A stretch of 64,000 nucleotides of DNA, taken from a bacterium (GTDB lineage: Bacteria; Desulfobacterota; Deferrisomatia; Deferrisomatales; BM512). The position numbers were made by a program, and so were the translations under genes. The stretch is from assembly GCA_004322275.1 (NCBI GenBank), contig SCTA01000005.1, positions 71,817-135,816 of the forward strand. The letters are read 5' to 3'. Shown here in pieces: positions 26,717 to 35,600 of this stretch. The notes beneath the pieces were generated by a model. The model had not been told where the DNA came from, ran no database searches, and saw only the letters and a program-made list of their open reading frames with translations. Position 1 is the first letter of the stretch. The number at the start of each line of letters is the position of its first letter.

Positions 26717-27441
26717 CTTCCATCCTCATTTATATCGCACGCCTTCGCCAGCGAAAGGGCGAGGGCGAGGCCGGGGGAGGGGTTTTCGGAGTCCGCGAAG
26801 TGAATCCTCCCGATGTATTTTTGCAGAAGCGGAGCGGGAGAAAGCGGCGTGCCCCACTCCTTAACGGCGTAAAGGGCCGATTCCAGTTCCCCGGCAATCT
26901 CGTGGCCTGCAAAACCCGTCACCAGATGGACGTAGGAGCGCTCCTCCCTCATCAGCGGCAGGAGCCGGTCGAGGAGAGAGGGGAAGAACTCCCCGGTTTT
27001 TGAAGGCAGGCCGCGCCAGAGAACACCGCCCGCCTTCTCGAATTCTCCGATTTCCGCTTTCCCGCCGTTTTTTGCCGGAAGTTTTTCAAGCGCCGGTTTT
27101 CTTATAATAGCTACCGCCGAACCCTCGCCTTCGAGGGCGAAAAAAGCGACGTGGTTCCAGACCTTGCTCGCCGTAACAGGGAAAGGCAGCCGTTCCTTGT
27201 CCCACGGGGTATTTGAAAGCTCAAGAACCGCCCCCGCGCCCCAGAATTCCCTGACCGCCGAGGAAAGCTCCTCTCTCCTTGAAAAAATTTCCGCTCCCGG
27301 CCACCCCTCGCCCGGCGCTCGTATCTCCACCCTCCGGCCGGAACTGCCGATGGAGCGCGCGCCGTCGAGGAGGCGGGCGAGTTGCGGCTTCCGGCTCCTG
27401 AGCCAGAGGAGAAAGTTCTGCGGGGTTCTATCGAAATCCAT
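26713..27441 (-). CDS. Hypothetical protein, first gene of the cobalamin operon
   Basis: 242 aa. It overlaps the cobT-like gene by 4 nt (translational coupling). No motif was recognised (no P-loop, no metal or cofactor signature). Confidence 0.5.
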   Translation of the reverse strand: MDFDRTPQNFLLWLRSRKPQLARLLDGARSIGSSGRRVEIRAPGEGWPGAEIFSRREELSSAVREFWGAGAVLELSNTPWDKERLPFPVTASKVWNHVAFFALEGEGSAVAIIRKPALEKLPAKNGGKAEIGEFEKAGGVLWRGLPSKTGEFFPSLLDRLLPLMREERSYVHLVTGFAGHEIAGELESALYAVKEWGTPLSPAPLLQKYIGRIHFADSENPSPGLALALSLAKACDINEDGR

Positions 27442-27460
27442 TTAGCGGTTCTTCAAGCCT

Positions 27461-28123
27461 TCAGGCTGTGCGCCTTCTCGTCCTTAGCAGTTTGTGGATC
27501 CAGATTGCGTGGGTCCGCCCGTCAATGGTCACCTCTTCTAGGTGGAGTGTTCGCTTGAACCCCTCCCCTTCGAGCCTTTCCACGGAATTTCGCGCGATCT
27601 TCCGCCACGGCTCCGCCACCAGCGCCATCCCTCCGGGGGCGGTCGTCCTTTTCAGGGCGCGAAGGAAGGGCTCGATGAAGCGGCTCTCGTAGATGACGTC
27701 CGAAGCCAGCACCAGCCGCGCCGAAAGGTTTCGCGGGGGGTCGCGCCAGTCGAAAATCCGCGTCAGCCCCGGTCTGCCGGTGTTTAGAGCGTGGTTCGCC
27801 CTCGCGAACCGGAGCGCGTCCCGCTCGTAGTCGGTGAAGGTAACCCTCGCGCCCCGAAGCGCCGCGACGACCCCGCAAAGGCCGGTGCCGCACCCAAGTT
27901 CTATCGCGGGAAGGCCAAAGGGAATATCCATCCGCGAAATATACGCCGCCAGCCCCAGCGAGGAGGGCCAGACCTCCGACCAGTAGGGGAAGCGCTCGTC
28001 CACGGCGAAGGTGGCAGGATCGACCGAATCCGCCAGGGCGTTGGGATCGGCGACGCGGTAAAGGGAAACCGCCAGCTTCCCGGCCCGCACCTTCGTCAGG
28101 GCAACGTCGAGCCCTTTCGGCAA
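27461..28123 (-). CDS. Class I SAM-dependent methyltransferase (Methyltransf_16/lysine-MTase-like)
   Basis: The ORF extends to 28567, but the upstream 148 codons are an Arg/Pro-rich low-complexity frame. The in-frame TTG at 28123 is proposed as the start. SAM motif I is IELGCGTGLCGVVAALRG, followed by FTDY. Confidence 0.6.
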   Translation of the reverse strand: MPKGLDVALTKVRAGKLAVSLYRVADPNALADSVDPATFAVDERFPYWSEVWPSSLGLAAYISRMDIPFGLPAIELGCGTGLCGVVAALRGARVTFTDYERDALRFARANHALNTGRPGLTRIFDWRDPPRNLSARLVLASDVIYESRFIEPFLRALKRTTAPGGMALVAEPWRKIARNSVERLEGEGFKRTLHLEEVTIDGRTHAIWIHKLLRTRRRTA

Positions 28124-28278
28124 AAATCTTTTAGCTAAAATCGCACTTGTCCTTTTAAAACAGCATATCTTCTGGCGAGCCCCCCAGTCCACGCAAAAAC
28201 ACTGGCTTTTGGCGCTCCCCGCTGGTAGATGTGCTCTGGATAATAACCGGGAAAATCGATTTTGAGCCAAGGATTTTA

Positions 28279-29040
28279 ATGCGCGTATTCGCCATCTCCG
28301 ACCTCCACCTCTCCTTTTCGGGGCAAAAGCCGATGAGCGTCTTCGGCCCCTGCTGGGACAACCACGCCCAAAGAGTCGAAAAAGAGTGGAGAAGCGAGGT
28401 TTCGGAGAGGGACATCGTCTGCCTCGCCGGGGATTTTTCCTGGGCGACGAAGCTCCCTGAGGTCCTGCCCGAACTGGAATGGCTCGGCTCCCTACCCGGA
28501 AGGAAGGTGCTAATAAAGGGCAACCACGATTACTGGTGGCCTTCCATATCGAAATTACGGAGCGCACTCCCGGAGGGCGTCTTCGCCCTCCAGCACGACA
28601 GCGTGATTATCGACGGTATCGGCTTCGCGGGGGCGCGCGGTTGGGTGGACCCCTCGCTCGACCTCACGCCCCTCTACCCGGCGCGAAAGGACGAGAGCGG
28701 GGATATCTTCTACTCGATACTGGGCGAGGAGGAAGACAAAAAGCATTACGACAGGGAGGTGGAGCGCCTGCGTATGAGCCTCGCTTCCCTAAGGGGCGAA
28801 ACGAGGCTCAGAATCGCGCTGCTCCACTTCCCCCCCGCCTCGCCGGCGATGGAGCCGACGAAGGTGACGGAGCTTCTGGAGGAATTCGGGGTCGATCACG
28901 CGGTCTTCGGCCACCTCCACCTCTCGGGGGAGAGCGGCTTTAAAAATCCTTACGGAAAAAGGAATAACGTGACCTATCACCTTACCAGCGCGGATTTTAT
29001 CGGCTTCACCCCCGCGCTCATAGCCGAAGTGGACTCGTAA
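28279..29040 (+). CDS. Metallophosphoesterase
   Basis: The ATG at 28279 gives MRVFAISDLHLSF. The motifs DxH (SDLH), GDFS and GNHDYW are present. Confidence 0.75.
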   Translation: MRVFAISDLHLSFSGQKPMSVFGPCWDNHAQRVEKEWRSEVSERDIVCLAGDFSWATKLPEVLPELEWLGSLPGRKVLIKGNHDYWWPSISKLRSALPEGVFALQHDSVIIDGIGFAGARGWVDPSLDLTPLYPARKDESGDIFYSILGEEEDKKHYDREVERLRMSLASLRGETRLRIALLHFPPASPAMEPTKVTELLEEFGVDHAVFGHLHLSGESGFKNPYGKRNNVTYHLTSADFIGFTPALIAEVDS

Positions 29041-29951
29041 TGGCGAATCCGGCAAGAAGGCTCGACCATTACGCCGATCTGATCCCCGAGTTCGAGGATT
29101 TTCTGCGCGCCGTGAAGACCGCCCCTCCCTCGCACATCCGGGTGAACACCCTTAAGGCGACGCCTGAAGAGGTAGTGAGAAACCTCGAAGGGCTCGGCTT
29201 CGCGCTCAAGCCGGAGCCCTTCAGCGACATAATATTCCGCGTCGAGAAGGCCCCGATGCCGCTGGGCTCGACCCTCGCCCATGCTCTCGGTCTCATCTAC
29301 ATGCAGAGCGCCTCCTCCGCCGTTTCCGCCCTCGCCCTCGGCGCGAAGCCGGGCGACAGGGTGCTGGACCTTTGCGCCGCCCCCGGCTCGAAGACCACCC
29401 TCATCGCGCAGATGATGGGTAACACCGGCCTCATTGTCGCCAACGAGCCGAGCCACAAGCGGATAACATCGCTGAACGCGAACCTGCGCCGCGTGGGCGT
29501 AGCGAACACGATAATCACCTGCTACTCGGGGCAGAACTACCCGCTTCGGACGAAATTCAACAAAATACTCGTCGACGCCCCTTGCTCCGGCGAAGGGACC
29601 TGGCGCGGCCTCGACTCGCGCCCCCGCGACAACACCGAAGACACCCGCGACCGGATGACCGAGCGGCAGGAGGGGATACTCCGGCAGGCCCTCGAAATAC
29701 TGGAGGAGGGCGGGGAGCTTGTCTACTCCACCTGCACCTACGCCCCCTCGGAGAACGAGCTTATAGTCGCCCCCTTCATCGAGAAACACGGTCTTCGCGT
29801 CCTCCCGCTGGGCCTCGGTCTGCCCGCGGTGGACGGCCTCACCGAGTGGCAGGGGAAAAAACTGCCCGGCGAACTCAAAAATGCCGCCCGGCTCTACCCG
29901 CACTACTTCGATTCGGAGGGATTCTTTGTCATTCGACTGGCTAAATCCTAA
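29040..29951 (+). CDS. RsmB/RsmF (NOL1/NOP2/Sun) family RNA m5C methyltransferase, catalytic part
   Basis: 303 aa. It has DLCAAPGSKTT (SAM), DAPCSGEGT (motif IV Cys) and YSTCTYAPSENE (motif VI Cys). Confidence 0.85.
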   Translation: MANPARRLDHYADLIPEFEDFLRAVKTAPPSHIRVNTLKATPEEVVRNLEGLGFALKPEPFSDIIFRVEKAPMPLGSTLAHALGLIYMQSASSAVSALALGAKPGDRVLDLCAAPGSKTTLIAQMMGNTGLIVANEPSHKRITSLNANLRRVGVANTIITCYSGQNYPLRTKFNKILVDAPCSGEGTWRGLDSRPRDNTEDTRDRMTERQEGILRQALEILEEGGELVYSTCTYAPSENELIVAPFIEKHGLRVLPLGLGLPAVDGLTEWQGKKLPGELKNAARLYPHYFDSEGFFVIRLAKS

Positions 29952-30396
29952 AGAGAGCCACAAGGCCCTCTCCTCGCTTAGCGAGCGCTTCGGGATCGAC
30001 CCCGAGGTCTTCACGGGCTACCGCCTTTTCAAGAAGGGCGACCAGATCTTCATCGTCCGCGAAGAGGCCGTGGAGGCGGAAAAACTTCTCTTTCCGGTGG
30101 AAGGGGGTATACCGCTGCTCAAAGAAAGCCACAGCGGGGCCATGAAACCCGCGACCGGGGGCATACTCCTCTTCGGCGTCCACGCAACCCGCGCCGTCGC
30201 CGAGATAACCGCGAGCGACCTGAAAGCGCTGACCGAGGGGAGAAGCCTCGAAGCGGGCGAGGGCAAGGGCTTCGTCATACTGAAAGTGGGAGGGAAGGTC
30301 GCCGGGATGGGGCTCCTTCGCGACAGGAAGATAGTGAGCCAGCTTCCGAAGTGGATGACGGAGACTTTGAGGATGCGGGGCGACGAGCACTTCTGA
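29926..30396 (+). CDS. RsmF C-terminal PUA-like RNA-binding domain protein (separate ORF in the +1 frame)
   Basis: The ORF runs 29881..30396. GFVILKVGGKVAGMGLLRDRKIVSQLPK resembles the PUA-like tail that is normally fused to RsmF. The start is uncertain (ATG 29881 or TTG 29926). Confidence 0.5.
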   Translation: MSFDWLNPKESHKALSSLSERFGIDPEVFTGYRLFKKGDQIFIVREEAVEAEKLLFPVEGGIPLLKESHSGAMKPATGGILLFGVHATRAVAEITASDLKALTEGRSLEAGEGKGFVILKVGGKVAGMGLLRDRKIVSQLPKWMTETLRMRGDEHF

Positions 30397-30439
30397 CCCG
30401 GCTTCCTGTTTCGGCTATGCCTGCCCCCGGAAGCCTCTA

Positions 30440-30545
30440 CCGGGGGTCGTTTCTCGGGCGCGGGTCTTGGCGTATAGACGACGATACTGCCTTCGACCGC
30501 GCGCCCTGCGGACTCCTTGCCCTTCGCCAAAACAGTTTGCCGGAA
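30440..30545. repeat. About 90-bp GC-rich repeat (GGCGAAGGGCAAGGAGTCCGCAGGGCGCGC... family), minus orientation
   Basis: Its reverse complement is near-identical to 40810-40895, with a few substitutions and a 3-4 nt indel by manual alignment. Confidence 0.8.
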
Positions 30546-30659
30546 GGCGAAGGAAAATCCGGCGCGAAATCGAAAGACGTTTATGGAACCTCGGAAGCGG
30601 GGCCGGACGGAATTTCGGGTTTCCGGAAGTCAAAAAAGGTCGCGACGGCCTCTACCTTC

Positions 30660-30688
30660 TTGTATTACACTTTATGTTGTGTTAGCTT
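30660..30688 (+). promoter_or_regulatory. Candidate promoter of the tRNA cluster
   Basis: TTGTAT-N17-TAGCTT ends 12 nt before tRNA-Pro. This is a pattern match only. Confidence 0.3.
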
Positions 30689-30700
30689 TTGCGTCCTCAT

Positions 30701-30777
30701 CGGGACGTGGCGCAGCCTGGTAGCGCACCTGCCTTGGGCGCAGGGGGTCGAAGGTTCAAATCCTTTCGTCCCGACCA
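30701..30777 (+). tRNA. tRNA-Pro (anticodon TGG)
   Basis: Manual cloverleaf: acceptor CGGGACG/CGTCCCG, D arm GCGC..GCGC, anticodon stem CCTGC/GCAGG with loop CTTGGGC, T arm GAAGG-TTCAAAT-CCTTT, CCA encoded. Confidence 0.9.
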
Positions 30778-30792
30778 CAAGAAGGGAAACGC

Positions 30793-30869
<77 letters not shown>

Positions 30870-30899
30870 ATATATTTACAACCGCTTGGGAGTTGCGTC

Positions 30900-31035
30900 T
30901 AAATCGCTTTAAAAACCGTCGCGGAAGCCACGGAGACGCGGAGCGAGACGCGAGACATAACTTATTGTTAGGCGAGCGTGGAGCGAGCACGCGACGAAGC
31001 ATACGAGGCTTTAAGCAGGTTTTTAAAGCGATTTA
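30900..31035. repeat. Long-hairpin repeat element, copy Y, inserted between tRNA-Arg and tRNA-His
   Basis: A perfect 18-bp terminal inverted repeat, TAAATCGCTTTAAAAACC (30900-30917) / GGTTTTTAAAGCGATTTA (31018-31035), encloses the same core as 17330-17453. Confidence 0.85.
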
Positions 31036-31036
31036 T

Positions 31037-31113
31037 GGTGGGTGTAGCTCAGTTGGTAGAGCATCGGATTGTGGCTCCGGTTGTCGTGGGTTCAAGCCCC
31101 ATCACTCACCCCA
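31037..31113 (+). tRNA. tRNA-His (anticodon GTG) with encoded G-1
   Basis: An extra 5' G precedes the acceptor GTGGGTG/CACTCAC. The anticodon loop is TTGTGGC, the T loop is TTCAAGC, and CCA is encoded. Confidence 0.9.
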
Positions 31114-31121
31114 TAAATGAC

Positions 31122-31158
31122 AAGGGCTTACGGGTAAAACCGTAAGCCCTTTGTTTTT
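31122..31158 (+). terminator. Rho-independent terminator after the tRNA cluster
   Basis: A 12-bp stem, AAGGGCTTACGG/CCGTAAGCCCTT, is followed by TGTTTTT. Confidence 0.75.
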
Positions 31159-31214
31159 GGCCGGAACAAAGTCAGAGATAAACTAACACCAATAAAACCT
31201 GAATGTAATTATAT

Positions 31215-31700
31215 AGTTGCGGGGCTATTCGACCCTGCGCCCCAACACCGCTTCTTTTGACCGCCCAAAGGTAGATTTTCTACACATATCTCGAATAGCT
31301 GTAAACAAACTACTTTCGAGGCCAAAAACATTTCATTATCCCGTTTTTGGACGAGCCATCCTTTCGTCTCCCCCTCGTGGCCCGTAGGTGACGCAGGGAG
31401 CGGAGGCGGAAAGGGCGGCGGGGGGGGTCTTAGTGAGCGCAGCGAACGGGTGCCCCCTCACGCCCCCGCCGCAGCGACCGGTCGCTCGAAGAGCGAGCGG
31501 CTCCTCCCGGGCCGATTTCTTGGGTACTTCTTTATAAAAGAAGTACCAAGGGCGCGGGGCAAAGCCCCGCTAGCTGTAAAACCTGCGAAACACACAAAAG
31601 TCACTGGTTTCCCGCATTCGCGGGAATGACGAAGGAGAAGTGGTGCGTTACGCCGCTTCGCGGCTAACACACCCTACATATCTAAAACCCATCCTACACA
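31215..31700. repeat. Modular hairpin-chain mosaic repeat, copy D
   Basis: The forward unit starts at AGCTGTAAACAAACTACTTTCGAG (31297). Hairpins: CCAAAAAC/GTTTTTGG (31322-31350), GGTACTTCTTT/AAAGAAGTACC (31523-31547) and GCGGGGCAAAGCCCCGC. GCTAGCTGTAAA lies at 31569, and a hairpin+CTAC unit lies at 31642-31677. A short reversed fragment lies at about 31225-31262. Confidence 0.8.
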
Positions 31701-31707
31701 CCTGTAT

Positions 31708-32502
31708 CTATTTGGCCAGAGTTTTCAGCCTGGCTCTCGTTTCCTCGGCTTTCGCGGGTTCGCCGACCTTTTCGTACAGCTCCACGAGCAGGACGAGCGC
31801 TTCGGCGTAGTTGGGGTCTTCTTCCATCGCCTTCCCAATCGCCTCTATCGCCTTGTGGGGCATCCCCCTTTTCTGGAATAGCTGCGCCGATCTCAGGTAC
31901 CTGACCGCCTTGCCCGCAGCTGCAACGTGTATCTCGGGTTCCTTCGGCTTCGCCCCGAGGCCGAGCATGCCGTCCACCTTTTCACGAAGTTCGTCGCGCA
32001 TCGAGGTGGGGTAGCCGGAGAGAGCGTAGACGATGGTGGAGGAGGAATCGAGGAGAAGGGTGGAGGGGAGGGCGCTGACGCCGTACTCGTTGTAAAGGGT
32101 GAGAGACTTGTCCATAAGCACCGGGTATTTGGCCCCGGCGAGGGAGACGGCGGCCCTGTAAAGGCCCATTTCCCCAGGCACGAACTCCTGATGCTCGGCG
32201 TTTATCGCGATTACCTGTAACCCCGCCCCGCTGCGCTTTTCGTAGATTTTCTGATAGTCGGCGAGCGCCTCTACGCTTCGCGGCGACCAGGAGGCCCAGA
32301 AGATAACGAGGGTTGCCTTCTCACCAAGGTTTTTGGAGAGGGAAAAGTCCTTGCCGTCGATGGTTTCGAGGGTGAAGTCCTCTATCTTCGAGCCTTCCTG
32401 CACTCTCCTAAAGGCGCTGGCGTGGGCCGCCGACACGAGGATGCACGCCAGAAGAAGCAGCGCGCCTATTCCGGCTTTGCCCGTTATGGTTTTTATCGTC
32501 AT
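31708..32502 (-). CDS. TlpA/redoxin-fold lipoprotein-like protein with C-terminal TPR, lacking the CxxC active site
   Basis: 264 aa with a signal peptide. The thioredoxin-fold block LVIFWASWSPRSVEAL aligns to the canonical FWA.WC..C and has Ser at both Cys positions. The C-terminus has a TPR-like segment (AEALVLLVELYEKVGEPAKAEE). Confidence 0.7.
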   Translation of the reverse strand: MTIKTITGKAGIGALLLLACILVSAAHASAFRRVQEGSKIEDFTLETIDGKDFSLSKNLGEKATLVIFWASWSPRSVEALADYQKIYEKRSGAGLQVIAINAEHQEFVPGEMGLYRAAVSLAGAKYPVLMDKSLTLYNEYGVSALPSTLLLDSSSTIVYALSGYPTSMRDELREKVDGMLGLGAKPKEPEIHVAAAGKAVRYLRSAQLFQKRGMPHKAIEAIGKAMEEDPNYAEALVLLVELYEKVGEPAKAEETRARLKTLAK

Positions 32503-32658
32503 CTTTTAAATCCCGTTCTATCCGTTAACGTTTCATTAAATATACCGGGTACGGCGAAAAAAGCAGGGAAAGGTTTTTCCCTCTAAGGATTCAGAGGTGA
32601 ACCGGTATATGCTAAAATCATTACTGCTAACGGACGCCCTCCCCGAGGTGGCTAAACT

Positions 32659-35600
32659 ATGATACAAACCCCCTCCCCCGGAGCCGAACTGGTCCGCTTC
32701 ACCGGCGACCTTCTGACGGTTACCCTCGAGACGCAAAAGGACAAGGGCGTCGAGGCGTACCTGCGGACGACTCTCGGGAGGGCGGGAGTGCGAAGGCGCG
32801 AGATAATCGATGAGGTCGAGGCGGGCGTTCCGAGGCTCGACCGCGACTGGCGCGACCTGCGCATGGAGCGCAAAGGGCCGGGAGTTTTTTCCGTCACCTT
32901 CCCCCTCCTCGAAACCGGCGTCTTCTGGGCGAAGGCTTTCTGCCTGCCTCGCGGCGGCGAGCCCCAGTGGCCTTCCGGCGGGAACATTCGCATAAAGGTT
33001 ATTTCCGCCGAGTATTCCTTCGCCAACACCATCTATTCCGCTTTCGTCAGGCAACACTCGCAGACCCTTCCCGGCCCGGCGGAACTCAGCCAGAACGTCG
33101 AAAAACTGGAGGAGGAGGGGTATACGGTCATCCCCCCTTCCGGGCGCTTCCGCGATTTTAGCGAGCGCATACCCTTCATCGTGGAGACCCTCGGCTTTCG
33201 CATTATCCAGCTTCTTCCGGTGCACCCGGTCCCCACCACCTACGGCAGGATGGGGAGGTTCGGAAGCCCCTTCGCGTCGCTGGACTTCATGGACACCGAT
33301 CCGGCGATGGCGGAATTCGACAGGAGGACCACCCCGCTGGACCAGCTTCGCGAGCTGGTGGACAAGAGCCACTCCCTTCACGCGAAGGTCTTTCTGGACA
33401 TCCCGGTAAACCACACCGGCTGGGCCTCCTGGCTTCAGATTCACCACCCGGAATGGTTCGCCCGCTCCAGCGACGAATCCTTTCTCTCCCCCGGCGCGTG
33501 GGGGGTGGTCTGGAGCGACCTTTCCAAGCTCGACTACTCCTCGAAACACCTCTGGCGCTACATGGCGGAGGTCTTTCTCTGGTGGTGCAGGCTGGGGGTG
33601 GACGGTTTTCGGTGCGACGCGGGGTACATGGTCCCGGTGGAGGCCTGGCGCTACATGGTGGCCAAGGTCAGGGAGGAGTTCCCCGACACCGTCTTTTTCC
33701 TCGAAGGGCTCGGGGGACCGCTCTGGACGATGGAATCTTTGCTGGTCGAAGCCGGTCTGGACTGGGCTTACTCGGAACTCTTCCAGAATTACACGCGCGA
33801 CCAGCTCGACGCCTACATCCCCTGGTCGGACGGAGTATCGCGATTAAAGGGGCCTCTCATCCACTTCGCCGAGACCCACGACAACGACAGGCTGGCCGCC
33901 CGCTCGGAGAATTACGCAAGGATGCGGTGCGGCCTTAGCGCCCTGGTATCCCAGTGGGGCGGCTTCGGCCTCACCAACGGCGCGGAGTGGCTGGCCACAA
34001 AAAAGATAGAGGTCCACGAGGCGGGCGAACTCAACTGGGGCGCGGCGCACAATCAGGTGGACTGGATCGCGAAACTCAACACCCTCCTTTCGACCCATCA
34101 GACCTTCGTCAACGAGGCGGAACTGAAAATCGTCGGCTGCCTTAAGAACCGCTCGGCGCTCGCCGTCAGGAGAAGCTGCGGGGGCTCGGCGGTGCTGGTA
34201 ATAGCCAACCTCGACACCGAAAAGGAGGGGACAGTCCGCTGGAAACGGCAGGACTTCCCCTTCGACAAGGCCGAGGCGGTCGATCTGCTCTCCCGGAAGG
34301 CGGTAAGCGTCGGAACCCAGAAGGAGGAACACCTGCTGACCCTCCGGGCCGGCGAGGTCCTCTGCCTCGGCTACGCCCACGAGCGCCACGGGGAGGACTT
34401 TCGGGCGCTGATGAGCCAGCGGATGGCGAGGCGCTCGCTCCTTCGCCTCGCGAAGGTCTGGGGAAAGGCCGGTGAGATTACCCCCGAAAGGCTTATGGAA
34501 CTGGAGAGTATTCATCAGGGCGACCCCTACCTCCTTTGCGCCGAGCTTTCCGGCTGCCCCCTGCCGCCGGTTTCGCGGTGGCGCTACCCCTCCGACCTGC
34601 GCCGCGTCCTCCCCCTTCCCCCCGGAAACGTCCTTCTGGCCGAGTCAAAGGAGGATTTCGAGCTGACTCTGGTGAGCGGGGGAAAGGTGCTTTTAAGGGA
34701 AAGGGCCATACGCTCATCGGGAGGAGATTATTTCGTCCTCGTCCCTCCGCTCGGCGAGAAACACGAGACGCAAAGAACCGTCGAGCTGGAGATTCTGGTC
34801 TACGGCCGGGTGGCGGCGCGGTACAAGGGAAAGGCGCTGCTCCTCGGCGGCGGGGAGGATACGGCGGTGACGATGTACCGTCCCGCCGCGAAAGGGTTTC
34901 CCCCCCGCAGCCACGCGATTCTCTCCAACCGAAGGGGGACGATGGCGATGGCGCGCGCCCGGTGGGGCCACCTCGAAAGCGTTTACGACGCCTTCCTTAG
35001 CGCCAACCCCTCCGGAACCGACCCCTCCGACAGGTGGGTCTTCCTGCGAAGGTGCAGGGCGTGGCTGGTGTACCGGGGATATTCGAGAGAGCTTTCCGCC
35101 GAGTGCATGACAGGCTTTGCGGTAGACGACAACTGCCACATGGCCTGGTTTTTCGAGATTCCCTGCGGGATGGGCAAGTACGTGAGAATCGAGGCCCGCC
35201 TCTCCATCCTCCCCTCCCAAAACGCGGTGGAGCTGAAGTTCCTCCGGCCCACGGGAGTCATCGAGGAGGAACTGCCCCCCGACGAGCCTGTGGCGATTAT
35301 CGTCCGGCCGGATATCGAGGACCGCCCCTGCCACGGCGTGACGAAGGCGTGGATGGGGGCCGAAGCGAGGTTCCCCGGAGCCGTTTTCCCCTCCAAGGAG
35401 GGTTTCGCCTTCAGGCCCGACCCCTTCCGCTCCTTTGAAATGCGCTTTTTCGACTCGCTCTTCACAAGCGAGCCGGAGTGGCTCTACAACGTCGCCCATC
35501 CCTTCGAGGAGGGGCGCGGGCTGGAGTCGCGAAGCGACCTTTTCAGCCCCGGCTATTTTCGGATGGAGCTTCGGGGCGACGGCGTCGTCTCGTCGCGGGC

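Noticed and set aside
28124-28278. Possible cobalamin riboswitch upstream of the methyltransferase/cob gene string; the minus strand contains AGCCAGTG, which resembles the B12 box GCCACTG.
   Set aside because: The spacer is only about 155 nt. I could not find the other conserved riboswitch elements (GGGAA, the paired P3-P6 context). The B12-box match is imperfect. An Infernal scan would be needed, and it is not reported as a feature.
27461-28567. N-terminal extensions of three ORFs: 27461..28567 (368 aa), 53435..54637 (400 aa) and 16368..17000 (210 aa).
   Set aside because: The upstream portions are Arg/Pro/Gly-rich low-complexity sequence. They overlap the neighbouring gene or the divergent promoter region. 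Internal starts (TTG 28123, GTG 54439, ATG 16865) give proteins of normal family length with sensible coupling to the upstream gene.
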